DNA of 64,000 bases, from positions 196,039-260,038 of the forward strand of contig CAWJSR010000028.1 of NCBI GenBank assembly GCA_963845515.1, read 5' to 3'. Source of the stretch: an uncultured delta proteobacterium (GTDB lineage: Bacteria > Myxococcota > Myxococcia > Myxococcales > Anaeromyxobacteraceae). Positions 1-10,261 of the stretch are shown here, in pieces. Within the stretch, counting starts at the first letter, position 1. Every line of letters starts with the position of its first letter. The notes beneath the pieces were generated by a model. That model did no database searches and was not told the DNA's origin. It was given only the letters and a program-made list of their open reading frames with translations. The position numbers and the translations under genes were made by a program.

Positions 1-579
1 AGGTCGATGCCGCGCTGGCCGCCACGCTGGCCGCGTTCGGCCGCGTGCACGCGCTGGTCAACAACGCCGGCATCTTCAAGGCCGCGGACTTCCTGGACAT
101 CAGCGAAGCCGACTGGGACGCGGTGATCGGCGTCAACCTGAAGGGCGCGTTCCTGGTCGGCCAGGCGGTGGCGCGGCACATGGCGCGCACAGGGCGGCGG
201 CGCCATCGTGCACATGAGCTCGGTCAACGCCACGCTGGCCATCCCCAGCATCGCCAGCTACAACGCCAGCAAGGGCGGCATCAACCAGCTGACGCGCGTC
301 ATGGCGCTGGCGCTGGTGGACCACGGCATCCGCGTCAACGCGGTGGCGCCGGGCACCATCGCCACCGAGCTGGCGCGCGCCGCGGTGCTGACCAGCGAAG
401 AGGCCAGCGCGCGCATCATGAGCCGCACGCCGATGCGCCGGCTGGGCGAGCCCGACGAGGTGGCGGAAGCGGTGGCCTTCCTGCTCAGCGATGCCGCCAG
501 CTACATCACCGGCGAGATCGTCGTCGTCGACGGCGGGCGCATGGCGCTGAACTACACGATGCCGCCGCTGCAGCCATGA
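1..579 (+). CDS. SDR family oxidoreductase (5' truncated by window edge; frameshift near 195)
   Basis: LVNNAGI, then in the shifted frame MSSV, YNASKGG (YxxxK), IRVNAVAPG and [11 protein letters not shown]. Confidence 0.9.
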
Positions 580-1105
580 GCGACGCCCTGCCCCCGCTGC
601 AAGGCGGCTGCCTGTGCGGCCAGCGTGCGCTACGAGGCCACGGCCCACGCACCGCGACGGCTACTACTGCCATTGCCGCATGTGCCAGCTGGCCTTCGGC
701 AACACGCGCGCCGCGTTCTTCAACCTGCGCAAGGACCAGGTGCGCTGGCTGAACGGCCCGCCCGCGTACTACGCATCGTCGAAGATCGCGCGCCGCGGCT
801 TCTGCGGCCACTGCGGCACGCCGCTGAGCTTCGAGTTCCTGGACGGCGAGAACATCGACCTGTCGGTCGGCAGCCTGGACGACCCGGGCCAGCTGCGGCC
901 CAACGAGCACTTCGGCGTCGAGTCGCGCATCGCCGCCTGGCATGTGGACGACGGCCTGCCCGGCTCGCGCCTGGACGCCAATGCCAACATCATGCAGCGC
1001 TGGCGCAGCGCCTATGGCGAGGGCGTCGAGCCCGGCCTGCAGACGCTGCGCCAGGCCGGCGGCACAATGACCGCGCCCTCCCCTCCCACCAAGGATTCCG
1101 CATGA
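577..1105 (+). CDS. GFA/CENP-V family zinc protein (frameshift near 620)
   Basis: [17 protein letters not shown] and [12 protein letters not shown] motifs. Confidence 0.88.
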
Positions 1106-1500
1106 GACTGCTGCACACGATGCTGCGCGTCGGCAACCTGCAACGTTCGGTCGACTTCTACACCCAGGCGCTGGGCATGAAGCTGCTGCGCACCACGCAG
1201 CGGCCCGAGCAGAAGTACGACCTGGCCTTCGTCGGCTACGGCAGCAACCCCGAACAGGCCGAGATCGAGCTGACCTACAACTACGGCGTCGACCAGTACG
1301 AACTGGGCAGCGCCTTCGGCCACATCGCCCTGGGCGTGACGGATGTCGCCGCCACCTGCGAAGCGGTGCGCGCCAAGGCCGCGGCGCTGGGCGGCGCGAT
1401 CACGCGCGAGGCCGGGCCGGTGAAGGGCGGCAGCACCATCATCGCCTTCATCACCGACCCCGACGGCTACAAGATCGAGCTGATCCAGCGCGACGCCTGA
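1102..1500 (+). CDS. gloA: Lactoylglutathione lyase (glyoxalase I)
   Basis: [48 protein letters not shown]. Confidence 0.97.
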   Translation: MRLLHTMLRVGNLQRSVDFYTQALGMKLLRTTQRPEQKYDLAFVGYGSNPEQAEIELTYNYGVDQYELGSAFGHIALGVTDVAATCEAVRAKAAALGGAITREAGPVKGGSTIIAFITDPDGYKIELIQRDA

Positions 1501-1510
1501 GGCCGCCGCG

Positions 1511-2140
1511 ATGTACCTGCCCAAGCACTTCGAGCAGCCGGACCATGAGGCGATAGCGCGGCTGCTGGCGGCCCATCCGCTGGCCACGCTGGCCTGGACT
1601 TCCGCCGACGGCCTGACGGCCGAACACCTGCCGCTGATGTGGGAGCGCGGCGAAGGTGACGGCGCGCTGGGCACGCTGCGCGGCCACGTGGCGCGCGCCA
1701 ACCCGGTGTGGCGCGAGGCCGCCGGCAGCGCGGTGCTGGCGGCCTTCCAGGGCCCGCAGGCCTACATCACGCCGTCGTGGTACCCGTCGAAAGCCGCCAC
1801 CGCCAAGGTGGTGCCGACCTGGAACTACGCCGTCGTGCACGCGCGCGGCACGCTGCGCGTGACCGAAGACGCCGCCTGGCTGCGCGCGCTGGTCGGCCGC
1901 CTGACCGACGTGCACGAAGCGCCGCGCGCGCACCGCTGGCAGGTGGACGACGCGCCGGCCGACTACATCGAGCAGATGCTGCGCGCCATCGTCGGCATCG
2001 AGATCGAAGTCACCAGCCTGCAGGGCAAGTGGAAGGTCAGCCAGAACCGCAGCGCGGCCGACCGCGCCGGCGTGGCGGCCGGGCTCGATTCACTGGACAG
2101 CGACGACGCGCGGGCGATGGCCGGGCTGGTGCGGCCTTGA
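1511..2140 (+). CDS. PaiB family FMN-binding negative transcriptional regulator
   Basis: MYLPKHF, LRGHVARANP, YITPSWY, VPTWNY, GKWKVSQNR. Confidence 0.93.
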   Translation: MYLPKHFEQPDHEAIARLLAAHPLATLAWTSADGLTAEHLPLMWERGEGDGALGTLRGHVARANPVWREAAGSAVLAAFQGPQAYITPSWYPSKAATAKVVPTWNYAVVHARGTLRVTEDAAWLRALVGRLTDVHEAPRAHRWQVDDAPADYIEQMLRAIVGIEIEVTSLQGKWKVSQNRSAADRAGVAAGLDSLDSDDARAMAGLVRP

Positions 2141-2214
2141 GCCCGATGTTCGAACAGACCTCAAGAAGTTGGTGGCCGGTTGTCCGCGTCGCCCGAGTGT
2201 GGGAGCGTCTATCC

Positions 2215-2448
2215 ATGAACCCGATCCACCCCCTCATCACCGCGGACCCGCTGCGCCGAGGCGGCCGGCCCTGTGTGCGCGACCTGCGCATCAGCGTGGG
2301 TGACGTGCTGGGCTGGCTGGCGATTGGGCAGACGGTCGAGCAGATCGTGGCCGACTACCCGGAACTCACGCCCGAGGACATCCGCGCCTGCCTGGCCGAT
2401 GCCGCCGAGCGCGAACTGCACGAGGTGCGGCTGACCGCGGCAGCGTGA
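2215..2448 (+). CDS. DUF433 antitoxin (VapB45-like)
   Basis: GGRPCVRDLRISVGDVL...EQIVADYPELTPEDIRACL; GTGA overlap with the next gene. Confidence 0.88.
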   Translation: MNPIHPLITADPLRRGGRPCVRDLRISVGDVLGWLAIGQTVEQIVADYPELTPEDIRACLADAAERELHEVRLTAAA

Positions 2449-2782
2449 AGCTGCTGCTGGACGAGAACCTGTCGCGGCGGCGGTGCCGTCGCTGCAGGCC
2501 CGGTTTCCGGGCAGCAGTCACCGGTGGCTCTTCTGGGGCTGGAGCGGGCCACCGACGCCCAGCTTCGCGAGCATGCGGCACAACTCGGCTTCGTCGATCT
2601 GCAGCAAGCGATCGACGACTTCCAGCGCCTGGTGGCGGCGACGAGGCTACCGCGCCCAGGCTCGTACATGTGGCCATGGGCAACGTCGGCAACAGACGCA
2701 ATACTGGCCGCACTGCTGGGCCGGCTGCCGACCAGTTGCAGACTGGCGTTTTGACGATCCGGCCACGCTGGCGTGGTGGTGA
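2445..2782 (+). pseudogene. DUF5615 PIN-like toxin (VapC45-like), heavily frameshifted
   Basis: MKLLLDENLS, FPGSSH, LGLERATDAQL, ICSK.DDF and MGN fragments spread over all three frames. Confidence 0.75.
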
Positions 2783-2880
2783 TCGCAATGAACGACGCGC
2801 GCTGGGCCATACCCCACGCAGGTGCGGCAGCGTGTTCTGTCGGCTTTCAGCGCTGATCCGTACGGTGAACTGAGGCTGAA

Positions 2881-4115
2881 TCAGCCGCGCGACCGGCGGC
2901 CAGCGCCGCAAAGGCCTGGTCGGTGGCCTCCAGCGCGCAGTCGATGTCGGCCGGCCGATGCGCGACGCTGAGGAACATGTTGTGCTTCGGATGCAGGTAC
3001 ACGCCCCGTTCCAGCGCCAGCGCTGCAGAAGGCCGAGCCGAGCGCGGCTTCGGGGTCGTCGTCGAACAGCAGCATCGGCATCTGCGGCGGGCCGCTCTGG
3101 CGGATGCGAAAGCCGTGCGCCGCGGCCTGGCGGCCAGGCCGTCGCGCAGCCGCTGGCCCATGGCCTGCATGTGGGCGATGCCGTCCACCGCCTGCAGCTT
3201 GCGCAAGCAGGCCAGCGATGCCGCCATCGCCACCGCGCCGCACCAGAAGGAGCCGGTGACGAAGATCGACGCTGCCGCGTCGCGGAAGCGGTCGCTGCCG
3301 GTCACGGCCGCCAGCGCATGGCCGTTGGCGATGGCCTTGCTCCAGGCCGCCAGGTCCGGCCGCACGCCCAGCGGCTCCCAGCTGCCGGCCAGGTGCAGGC
3401 GCGCGCCGGCGCGCACCTCGTCGAGGATCAGCGCCGCGCCGCGTGCGGTCGCACAGCGCACGCACGCGCGCGGGCGAACTCGGGCCGGGCCAGTTCCTGG
3501 TCGACGCCGTAGTCGTGGCGGAACGGCGACACCAGCACGGCGGCCAGGTCGTCGCCGGCCTCGCGCCGCGGCCTGCTCCAGGCTGGCGATGTCGTTGTAG
3601 CGGAAGTGCAGCAGGTGCGCGCGGTCCTCGGGCGTGACGCCGGCCGGGTTCGGCGTGCACCACGGCGCCGCACCGTGGTACGCGCCGCGCGCCACCAGCA
3701 GCTTGCGCCGGCCGGTGGCGGCGCGCGCGGTGGTGACGCAGACGGTCGTCGCATCGGTGCCGTTCTTCGCGAACAGCACCCAGTCGGCATGCGCGACCGT
3801 GCGGTGAAGTGTTCGGCCAGTTCCACCAGCACCGGCGCCGGGCCGTTCATCGTGTCGCCCAGCCGCCGCTGCGCCTCGGCCGCGGCCTCGACCTCCGCGT
3901 CGTGGTGGCCCAGCACGACCGGCCCCCAGCTGCACATGAAGTCGATGAACTCGCGGCCGTCGGCGTCCCACAGCCGGCAGCCTTCGGCGCGCGTGGAAGA
4001 ACTGCGGGTAGCCGGCGCGGCAGGCCCTGCACGCGCAGGTGGCCCCACAGGCCGCCGGGGATGACGCGCGCGGCGCGCTCGCGCAGCGCGGCGTCGGTCC
4101 GGCGACGACGTTCAT
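2881..4115 (-). CDS. Class III PLP aminotransferase (GSA-aminomutase-like), frameshifted
   Basis: VIPGG, LWDADGREFIDFMCSWGP, NGTDAT, LILDEVRAG, WSKAIANG (PLP lysine). Confidence 0.85.
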
Positions 4116-5447
4116 CGGCCAGCAGGCCCAGCGACAACGTCGGGTAGACGATCACGATCACCAGCCAGAACAGCATGATGGTGATGAAGGGGATCACCGA
4201 TCTGACGATGGTGCCGAAGGCGACCTTGAAGGCCGCCATGGCGACGATCAGGTTCAGGCCCACCGGCGGCGTCAGGTAGCCGATCTCCAGGTTGGAGATC
4301 ATGATGATGCCGAAGTGCACCGGGTCGACGCCGATCGCCACGGCCAGCGGCTTGAGCAGCGGCGCCAGGATCAGGATGGCCGAGCCCACGTCCATCAGGC
4401 AGCCGACGATCAGCAGCAGGATGTTGATGCCGAACATCATCAGCGCCGGGCTGGTGATGGCTTCGGACAGCGCCTGCACCATCTGCTTGGGCACGCCCGA
4501 ATGGTCGAGGATGGTGTTCAGGCTGCCGGCGATGCACAGCAGCGGCAGCAGCGTGGCCAGCAGCTTGGTGGTCTCCAGGATCACGTCGATCAAGCGTGCG
4601 CAGGTTCATCTCGCGCGTCGCCAGGTAGTGGCGCACGCGCTGGCCGAAGCTCGCGCCGGCCGGCGCCGGCTTGGCGTCGTCGTCCGCGTGCACGAAGAAC
4701 TCGATCAGCAGCGCATAGGCCAGCGACACCGCGCCGGCCTCGGTGGGGCTGAACCAGCCGGTGTAGATGCCGCCGATCATGATGAAGGGCAGCGCGATGG
4801 CGAAGATGCCGCCGTAGGTGGCCTGCGCCGCCGTCGCCATGCTGAAGGGCGTGCGCTCGATGTGGCGGTTGACCCAGAACGAATAGACGGCGAACATCGT
4901 CATCAGCAGCAGCCCCGGGCCGATGCCGGCCACGAACAGGTGCGCGATGTTCTCCTCGGTCATGATGCCGTACAGGATCAGCGGGATCGACGGCGGAATG
5001 ATGATGCCCAGCGTGCCGGCCGAGGCGATGGCGCCGATGGAAAAACTCTGCGAGTAACCGCGCGCCATCAGCGCCGGATACATGATCGTGCCGATGGCGA
5101 GCATGGTGACGATCGACGAGCCGTTGATCGCCGCGAAGGCCGCGCACGACAGCACGCAGGCCACCGCCAGCCCGCCGGGGATCGGCGAGGTGAAGGCCGA
5201 CATGAAGTTCGATCAGCCGGCGCGCGATCGAGCCGCGCGACATGACGTTGCCGGCCAGCATGAACAGCGGCACCGACAGCAGCACCTCGCGGTCGACCGT
5301 GAACCAGAAGTCCTGGATCAGGAACTCGATCTTGCTGTTGGCCACGAACACGTGCACATAGGCGGTGGCCACCGCCAGCACCAGCACCAGGCTCTGCCGC
5401 AGCAGCAGCAGCGCCACGATGAGCGACAGCAGGCCGAGCCAGACCAT
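4112..5447 (-). CDS. TRAP transporter large permease (DctM family), frameshifted
   Basis: LSVPLFMLAG, AGTLGIIIPPSIPLILYG, FSPTEAG, DPVHFGIIM, LTPPVGLNL. Confidence 0.92.
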
Positions 5448-5448
5448 G

Positions 5449-5957
5449 TCAGTGCTCCACCTTGCGGTAGGCGCCGGCTTCAGCTGCCGGCCAGACCGCG
5501 AAGCACAGGTGGCGCAACGGCCGAGGACAGGAACATCCACGGCAGGATCATCTGGATCGGCCAGCACGAGGATCGGTATGGCCATGCCGCGCTCACCTAA
5601 AGCGGCCGAACTGCGCACGAACTCGCACCGCATACCAGCCCAGCGCGAGGCAGATGATGGCCGAGATCACCGTCGGCAATGCGGTCGATGTAGGGCTCGG
5701 CCGACTTCGGCAGCCAGCCGTCGGCGAAGCGCGGGCGCAGGTGGCCGCCCTCGGCCGTGACCAGCGCAAAGCCCACCAGGCCCGCCACTGGCGGTGGACC
5801 ACACGGCCAACCGCTGCGCGCCGAAGATGCCGTTGCCGAAGAACTCGCGGCCCAGCACGTCGGCCATCAGCGCGATCGCGGTGATGGAAAAGGCCAGCAC
5901 GCAGACCGTGGCTTCCAGCAGCCACAGCCCACGCAGCAATCGGCGTGCAGCGTCCAT
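5449..5957 (-). CDS. TRAP transporter small permease (DctQ family), frameshifted
   Basis: About 4 hydrophobic segments, ADVLGRE and GGHL motifs, located between DctP and DctM. Confidence 0.8.
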
Positions 5958-5988
5958 GCGTCGGATGACGACCTGTACCGGCGCGGCC

Positions 5989-6990
5989 TTACTTGCCGCC
6001 GGTCTTGGCGTATTCCTGCTTGCCCTTCTGGATCGCCGCCCACAGCTCGGCGGACTGGCCGCCGATCTCGGTGACCAGCTTCTCCTGGTGCGGCTCGACC
6101 AGCTTGGCCCATTCGGCGCGCTGCGCCGGCGTCAGCTCGTGCACGAAGCCGCCCTTGGCCTTGAACTCCTCCATCTTCGGCTTCTCGGTATCAGCCACCT
6201 CCTTGCGCACGCGCGCCGCTTCGGGCCGCGCGCTGGCCACCAGCTTCTGCTGGTCCGGCGTGAGCTTGTCCCACACGCCCTTGTTGATGACGAAGGTGGA
6301 GCCGTGGTGCAGATGCCGCGTCATCACGTAGTGCGGCGCGCTCTGCGCCGCCGGCGTGGTGATGTAGTACAGGAAGGGCAGGTCCGCGCCTTCGACCAGG
6401 CCGCTCTGCAGCGCCGGGAACAGCTCGGACAGCGGCATCTGCACGCCGTTGGTGTTGAGCGAGCCCCAGAACATCTTCGACGACGGCGCCGGCGACACGC
6501 GCACCTTCATGCCCTTGACGTCGGCCGGCGTCAGGCAGGCCTTCTTGCAGACCACGTCGTTCCAGCCGACTTCGCCCAGCCCCAGGATCACCAGGCCCTT
6601 GGACTCGAAGATCTTCTTCATCACCGGCAGCGCGAAGTTGTCGGTGACGAAGTCGCGCTCGCCGTTGCTCTTCCACAGGTACGGCATGTTCAGCACCGCG
6701 GCCTCGGGGATCAGCACCGAGGTGCCGGTGTACGAGATGCTGCCCATCTCGAGCCGGCCGCGCGCCACCTGCGTGGTGATTTCCTGCTCGCTGCCGATGA
6801 ACAGGCGCTCGGCCTTGAGGGCGCCGTTGGAGCCCTTGCTGATCTTGTCCACCGTCTCGTCGACGAAGCCGATCAGCACCGAACCCGGTTGCGCCGCCGA
6901 GGCGATCTTCAGGCTGGTCTGGGCCAGCGCGGGGCCGCTGGTGAATGCAAAGGTGGTGCAGGCCAGTGCCAGCAGTTTGCGTACATGCAT
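5989..6990 (-). CDS. TRAP substrate-binding protein (DctP family)
   Basis: Signal peptide (ALA), DVKGMKVRV, ELFPALQSGLVEG, WDKLTPDQQ. Confidence 0.93.
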   Translation of the reverse strand: MHVRKLLALACTTFAFTSGPALAQTSLKIASAAQPGSVLIGFVDETVDKISKGSNGALKAERLFIGSEQEITTQVARGRLEMGSISYTGTSVLIPEAAVLNMPYLWKSNGERDFVTDNFALPVMKKIFESKGLVILGLGEVGWNDVVCKKACLTPADVKGMKVRVSPAPSSKMFWGSLNTNGVQMPLSELFPALQSGLVEGADLPFLYYITTPAAQSAPHYVMTRHLHHGSTFVINKGVWDKLTPDQQKLVASARPEAARVRKEVADTEKPKMEEFKAKGGFVHELTPAQRAEWAKLVEPHQEKLVTEIGGQSAELWAAIQKGKQEYAKTGGK

Positions 6991-7111
6991 GGGTCGTCTC
7001 CTAAGGCTCGGGGCCGCACCGCAGCTCGGGGTCGGCAAGGCCGGCGAGTCTACGGCGCGCCGGCCGAGGCCATGCGGGAAAGCCCGTGATAACCCGGTGT
7101 CGCGGAGCGAG

Positions 7112-7732
7112 TCAGCGCAAGGCGCTCGCCGCCTTGGCCAGCGCGGTGATGCGCGCCCAGTCCTGCTGGTCCACGGCATCCTGCGGCGTCAGCCACGAGC
7201 CGCCGCAGACCTTGACGTTGGGCAGCGCCAGGAACTGCGGCGCCGTCTCCGGCGTGATGCCGCCGGTGGGGCAGAACAGCACGTCGGCAAAGGGCCCGGC
7301 CAGCGCCTTCAGCATCGGGATGCCGCCGGCCGCGGTGGCCGGGAAGAACTTCAGGAAGCCGTAGCCGTCGGCATTGGCGGCCATCACCTCGCTGGCCGTG
7401 GCCACGCCGGGCAGCAGCGGCAGGCCGATGTCCTTGCAGGCGGCGCCGATGTCGTGGGTGTAGCCGGGGCTGACGCCGAACTGGCAGCCGGCCTCGAGCG
7501 CGGACTTCGCGTCCTCCACCGTGCGGATGGTGCCGGCGCCGACGATGGCCTCGGGCACCGCCTGCGCGATGGCGCGCATGCACTCCAGCGCCACCGGCGT
7601 GCGCAGCGTGATCTCCAGCACCTTGACGCCGCCGGCCACCAGCGCGCGCGCCAGCGGCACCGCGTCGGCCACGCGCTGCAGGACGATGACCGGAATCACC
7701 GGGCCGTGTTGCACCAGATCGAGTGTGTTCAT
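7112..7732 (-). CDS. eda: KDPG/KHG aldolase
   Basis: PVIPVI, LEITLRT, VGAGT, FGVSPG, LKFFPA, FCPTGGI. Confidence 0.97.
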   Translation of the reverse strand: MNTLDLVQHGPVIPVIVLQRVADAVPLARALVAGGVKVLEITLRTPVALECMRAIAQAVPEAIVGAGTIRTVEDAKSALEAGCQFGVSPGYTHDIGAACKDIGLPLLPGVATASEVMAANADGYGFLKFFPATAAGGIPMLKALAGPFADVLFCPTGGITPETAPQFLALPNVKVCGGSWLTPQDAVDQQDWARITALAKAASALR

Positions 7733-7739
7733 GGTTTTG

Positions 7740-9557
7740 TCACATCCAGGCACAGGCGCCCTCTTCGGCGCTGATGACGTTGCGCCGCATGCCGGCGAAG
7801 AGTTCGCGGCCGAGGCCGTGGCCATTGTCCTCGGCGCTGGCCTCGCTCAGCGTGGCGGGCTCGCGCGCCGCCCAGGACACCGGGTCGACCAAGGCCTGCA
7901 GCGTGCCCGCCACCGCATCGAGGCGGATGACATCGCCGTCGCGCACCTTGGCCAGCGGCCCGCCGGCCAGCGCCTCGGGGCTGGCGTGGATGGCGGCCGG
8001 CACCTTGCCCGACGCGCCGCTCATGCGCCCGTCGGTCACCAGCGCGACCTTGAAGCCCTTGCCCTGCAGCACCGCCAGCGGCGGCGTCAGCTTGTGCAGC
8101 TCGGGCATGCCGTTGGCGCGCGGGCCCTGGAAGCGCACCACGGCGACGAAGTCGCGCTCCAGCTCGCCGGCCTTGAAGGCCTGCTGCAGCGCCTCCTGGC
8201 TGTCGAAGACCCGCGCCGGCGCCTCGATGACGTGGCGGTCGTCGGGCACGGCCGAGACCTTGATGACCGCGCGGCCCAGGTTGCCGGTCAGCAGCTTCAG
8301 CCCGCCGCTGGGCGAGAAGGGCGCCACCGCCGGACGCACGATGTTGGTGTCGCCGCTGTCCGGCGGCAGCGCGCGCCAGCGCAGCTTGTCGCCCTGCAGC
8401 GTCGGCACTTCCGCATGCGCGCGCAGGCCGCGCGCGCTGACCGCGGGCACGTCGGCGTGCATCAGGCCGGCGTCCATCAGCTCGCGCAGCACGAAGCCGG
8501 GGCCGCCGGCGGCCTGGAACTGGTTCACGTCGGCCTGGCCGTTGGGGTACACGCGCGCCAGCAGCGGCGTGGCGGCCGACAGCTCGGCGAAGTCGCTCCA
8601 GTCGATCAGGATGCCGGCGGCGCGCGCCACCGCCACCCAGTGGATCAGGTGGTTGGTGGAGCCGCCGGTGGCCAGCAGCGCGACCATGGCATTGACGATG
8701 ACGCGCTCGTCGACCATCTGGCCGATGGGCAGGAAGTTCGCGCCCTGCACCCGCTGCAGCACCGTGGCCACGGCCTCGCGCGTGAGCGCCGCGCGCAGCG
8801 CCTCGTGCGGGTGCACGAAGGCCGCGCCGGGCACGTGCAGGCCCATCGCTTCCAGCAGCATCTGGTTGCTGTTGGCGGTGCCGTAGAAGGTGCAGGTGCC
8901 GGCGCCGTGGTAGGCGGCGCTTTCGGCTTCCAGCAGCTCGGCGCGGCCCACCTGGCCCTGGGCCGCCTGCTCGCGCACCTTGGACTTGGCCGAGTTCGAC
9001 AGCCCGGTGCTCATCGGCCCGGCGGGCACGAACACGCAGGGCAGATGGCCGAAGTGCAGCGCGCCGATCAGCAGCCCCGGCACGATCTTGTCGCACACGC
9101 CCAGCAGCAGTGCGGCGTCGAAGACATCGTGCGTCAGCGCGATGGCGGTGGCCATGGCGATGGTGTCGCGCGAGAACAGGCTCAGCTCCATGCCCGGCAG
9201 GCCCTGCGTGACGCCGTCGCACATGGCGGGCACGCCGCCGGCCACCTGCACCGTGGCACCGAGCGCGCGCGCCGCGTCGCGGATCAGCGCCGGGTAGCTT
9301 TCGTAGGGCTGGTGCGCCGACAGCATGTCGTTGTAGGCCGTGACCACGCCGATGTGCGGCGCGCGCTGCGCCACCACGCGCAGCTTGTCGTTGGCCGGCA
9401 TCGCGGCGAAGGCATGCGCCACGTTGGCGCAGCCCATGCGGTCGGTGCTGCGCTCGCGCCGCGCCTGGCGCTCGATGCGCGCCAGGTAGGCGCTGCGCGT
9501 GGGCGCGCTGCGCTCGCGAATGCGGCGGGTGATGCTCTGGACGGCGGCACTGACCAT
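7740..9557 (-). CDS. edd: Phosphogluconate dehydratase
   Basis: [60 protein letters not shown]; intact 605 aa. Confidence 0.98.
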   Translation of the reverse strand: MVSAAVQSITRRIRERSAPTRSAYLARIERQARRERSTDRMGCANVAHAFAAMPANDKLRVVAQRAPHIGVVTAYNDMLSAHQPYESYPALIRDAARALGATVQVAGGVPAMCDGVTQGLPGMELSLFSRDTIAMATAIALTHDVFDAALLLGVCDKIVPGLLIGALHFGHLPCVFVPAGPMSTGLSNSAKSKVREQAAQGQVGRAELLEAESAAYHGAGTCTFYGTANSNQMLLEAMGLHVPGAAFVHPHEALRAALTREAVATVLQRVQGANFLPIGQMVDERVIVNAMVALLATGGSTNHLIHWVAVARAAGILIDWSDFAELSAATPLLARVYPNGQADVNQFQAAGGPGFVLRELMDAGLMHADVPAVSARGLRAHAEVPTLQGDKLRWRALPPDSGDTNIVRPAVAPFSPSGGLKLLTGNLGRAVIKVSAVPDDRHVIEAPARVFDSQEALQQAFKAGELERDFVAVVRFQGPRANGMPELHKLTPPLAVLQGKGFKVALVTDGRMSGASGKVPAAIHASPEALAGGPLAKVRDGDVIRLDAVAGTLQALVDPVSWAAREPATLSEASAEDNGHGLGRELFAGMRRNVISAEEGACAWM

Positions 9558-9589
9558 GACGACAACCCCTGGCTGTAACTTGACATGCG

Positions 9590-9618
9590 ATTCTGATGTA
9601 ATCTGGTTACATCGTCAA
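9590..9618 (-). promoter_or_regulatory. sigma-70 promoter of edd with a HexR-type operator in the spacer
   Basis: Minus strand TTGACG-N17-CAGAAT; palindrome GATGTAA-TCTGG-TTACATC (9595-9613) matches the HexR TGTAR-N5-YTACA box. Confidence 0.8.
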
Positions 9619-9627
9619 TCGCACCGT

Positions 9628-10187
9628 TTAGGCTCGCGCCGCCGCGGTCTCGCCGCAGACGCTGCAGGTTTCGTGCCTTGGCAGCGGCTTCAGGCGCGGC
9701 CAGCTCGCCGTCGGCGCGCTGCACCACGGTCTGGTACTCGGCGGCGTACTTGCGACGCATGGCCAGCAGGTCGGCCTGGTAGCGCCGCGCCTGCGTCTCC
9801 TTCTGCCGGTCGGTCAGTTCGCGCCCCGCCACCTTGAAGAACTTGCGTTCCTCTTCCTTCAGGTGATGGCGCACGCGGGTGCACAGCTCGGCCATCGTCT
9901 GCAACCAATCGTTGCCTCCCTTGTCGGGCACGCTGAGCGTCCTCGCACAGCTCTTCGATCTCGTGGTGTTCGGCCAACGCGTGACGCGAGGATTTCAGGC
10001 CGGCGTCCTTCATCAGCAGCGGTACGTACAGGTGGCGCTCCTCGGCCGCTGCGTGCGCCTGCAGTTCCACCTTCAGCTGCAGGAAGGCCGCGGTGCGCTG
10101 GCGCGGCGAGCTGCGCGCCGACATCAGGCGGCTGCACAGCCGCCGCTGCACGGCATGGCTCTGGCGCAGCAGTTCGAACAGGTTCAT
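9628..10187 (-). CDS. Hemerythrin/HHE cation-binding domain protein, frameshifted (3' end approximate)
   Basis: LLRQSH, ELQAHAAAEERHLY, HALAEHHEIE, VRHHLKEEERKFF. Confidence 0.88.
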
Positions 10188-10243
10188 CGCCGCAGCCTAG
10201 ATGGCGCGCGCCGTGCCGACGATCGGCGCAGGGCGCGCCGCGC

Positions 10244-10261
10244 TGTAGGCGCAGACCTACC
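10244..10261. promoter_or_regulatory. Palindromic operator copy 1 (TGTAGG-CGCAGA-CCTACC), upstream of hemerythrin
   Basis: Inverted GTAGG/CCTAC with a 6-nt spacer; minus-strand -10-like TAGGCT at 10199-10194. Confidence 0.65.

Noticed and set aside
2881..4115. Assigning the symbol hemL
   Set aside because: Motifs diverge from HemL and the context is a transporter operon.
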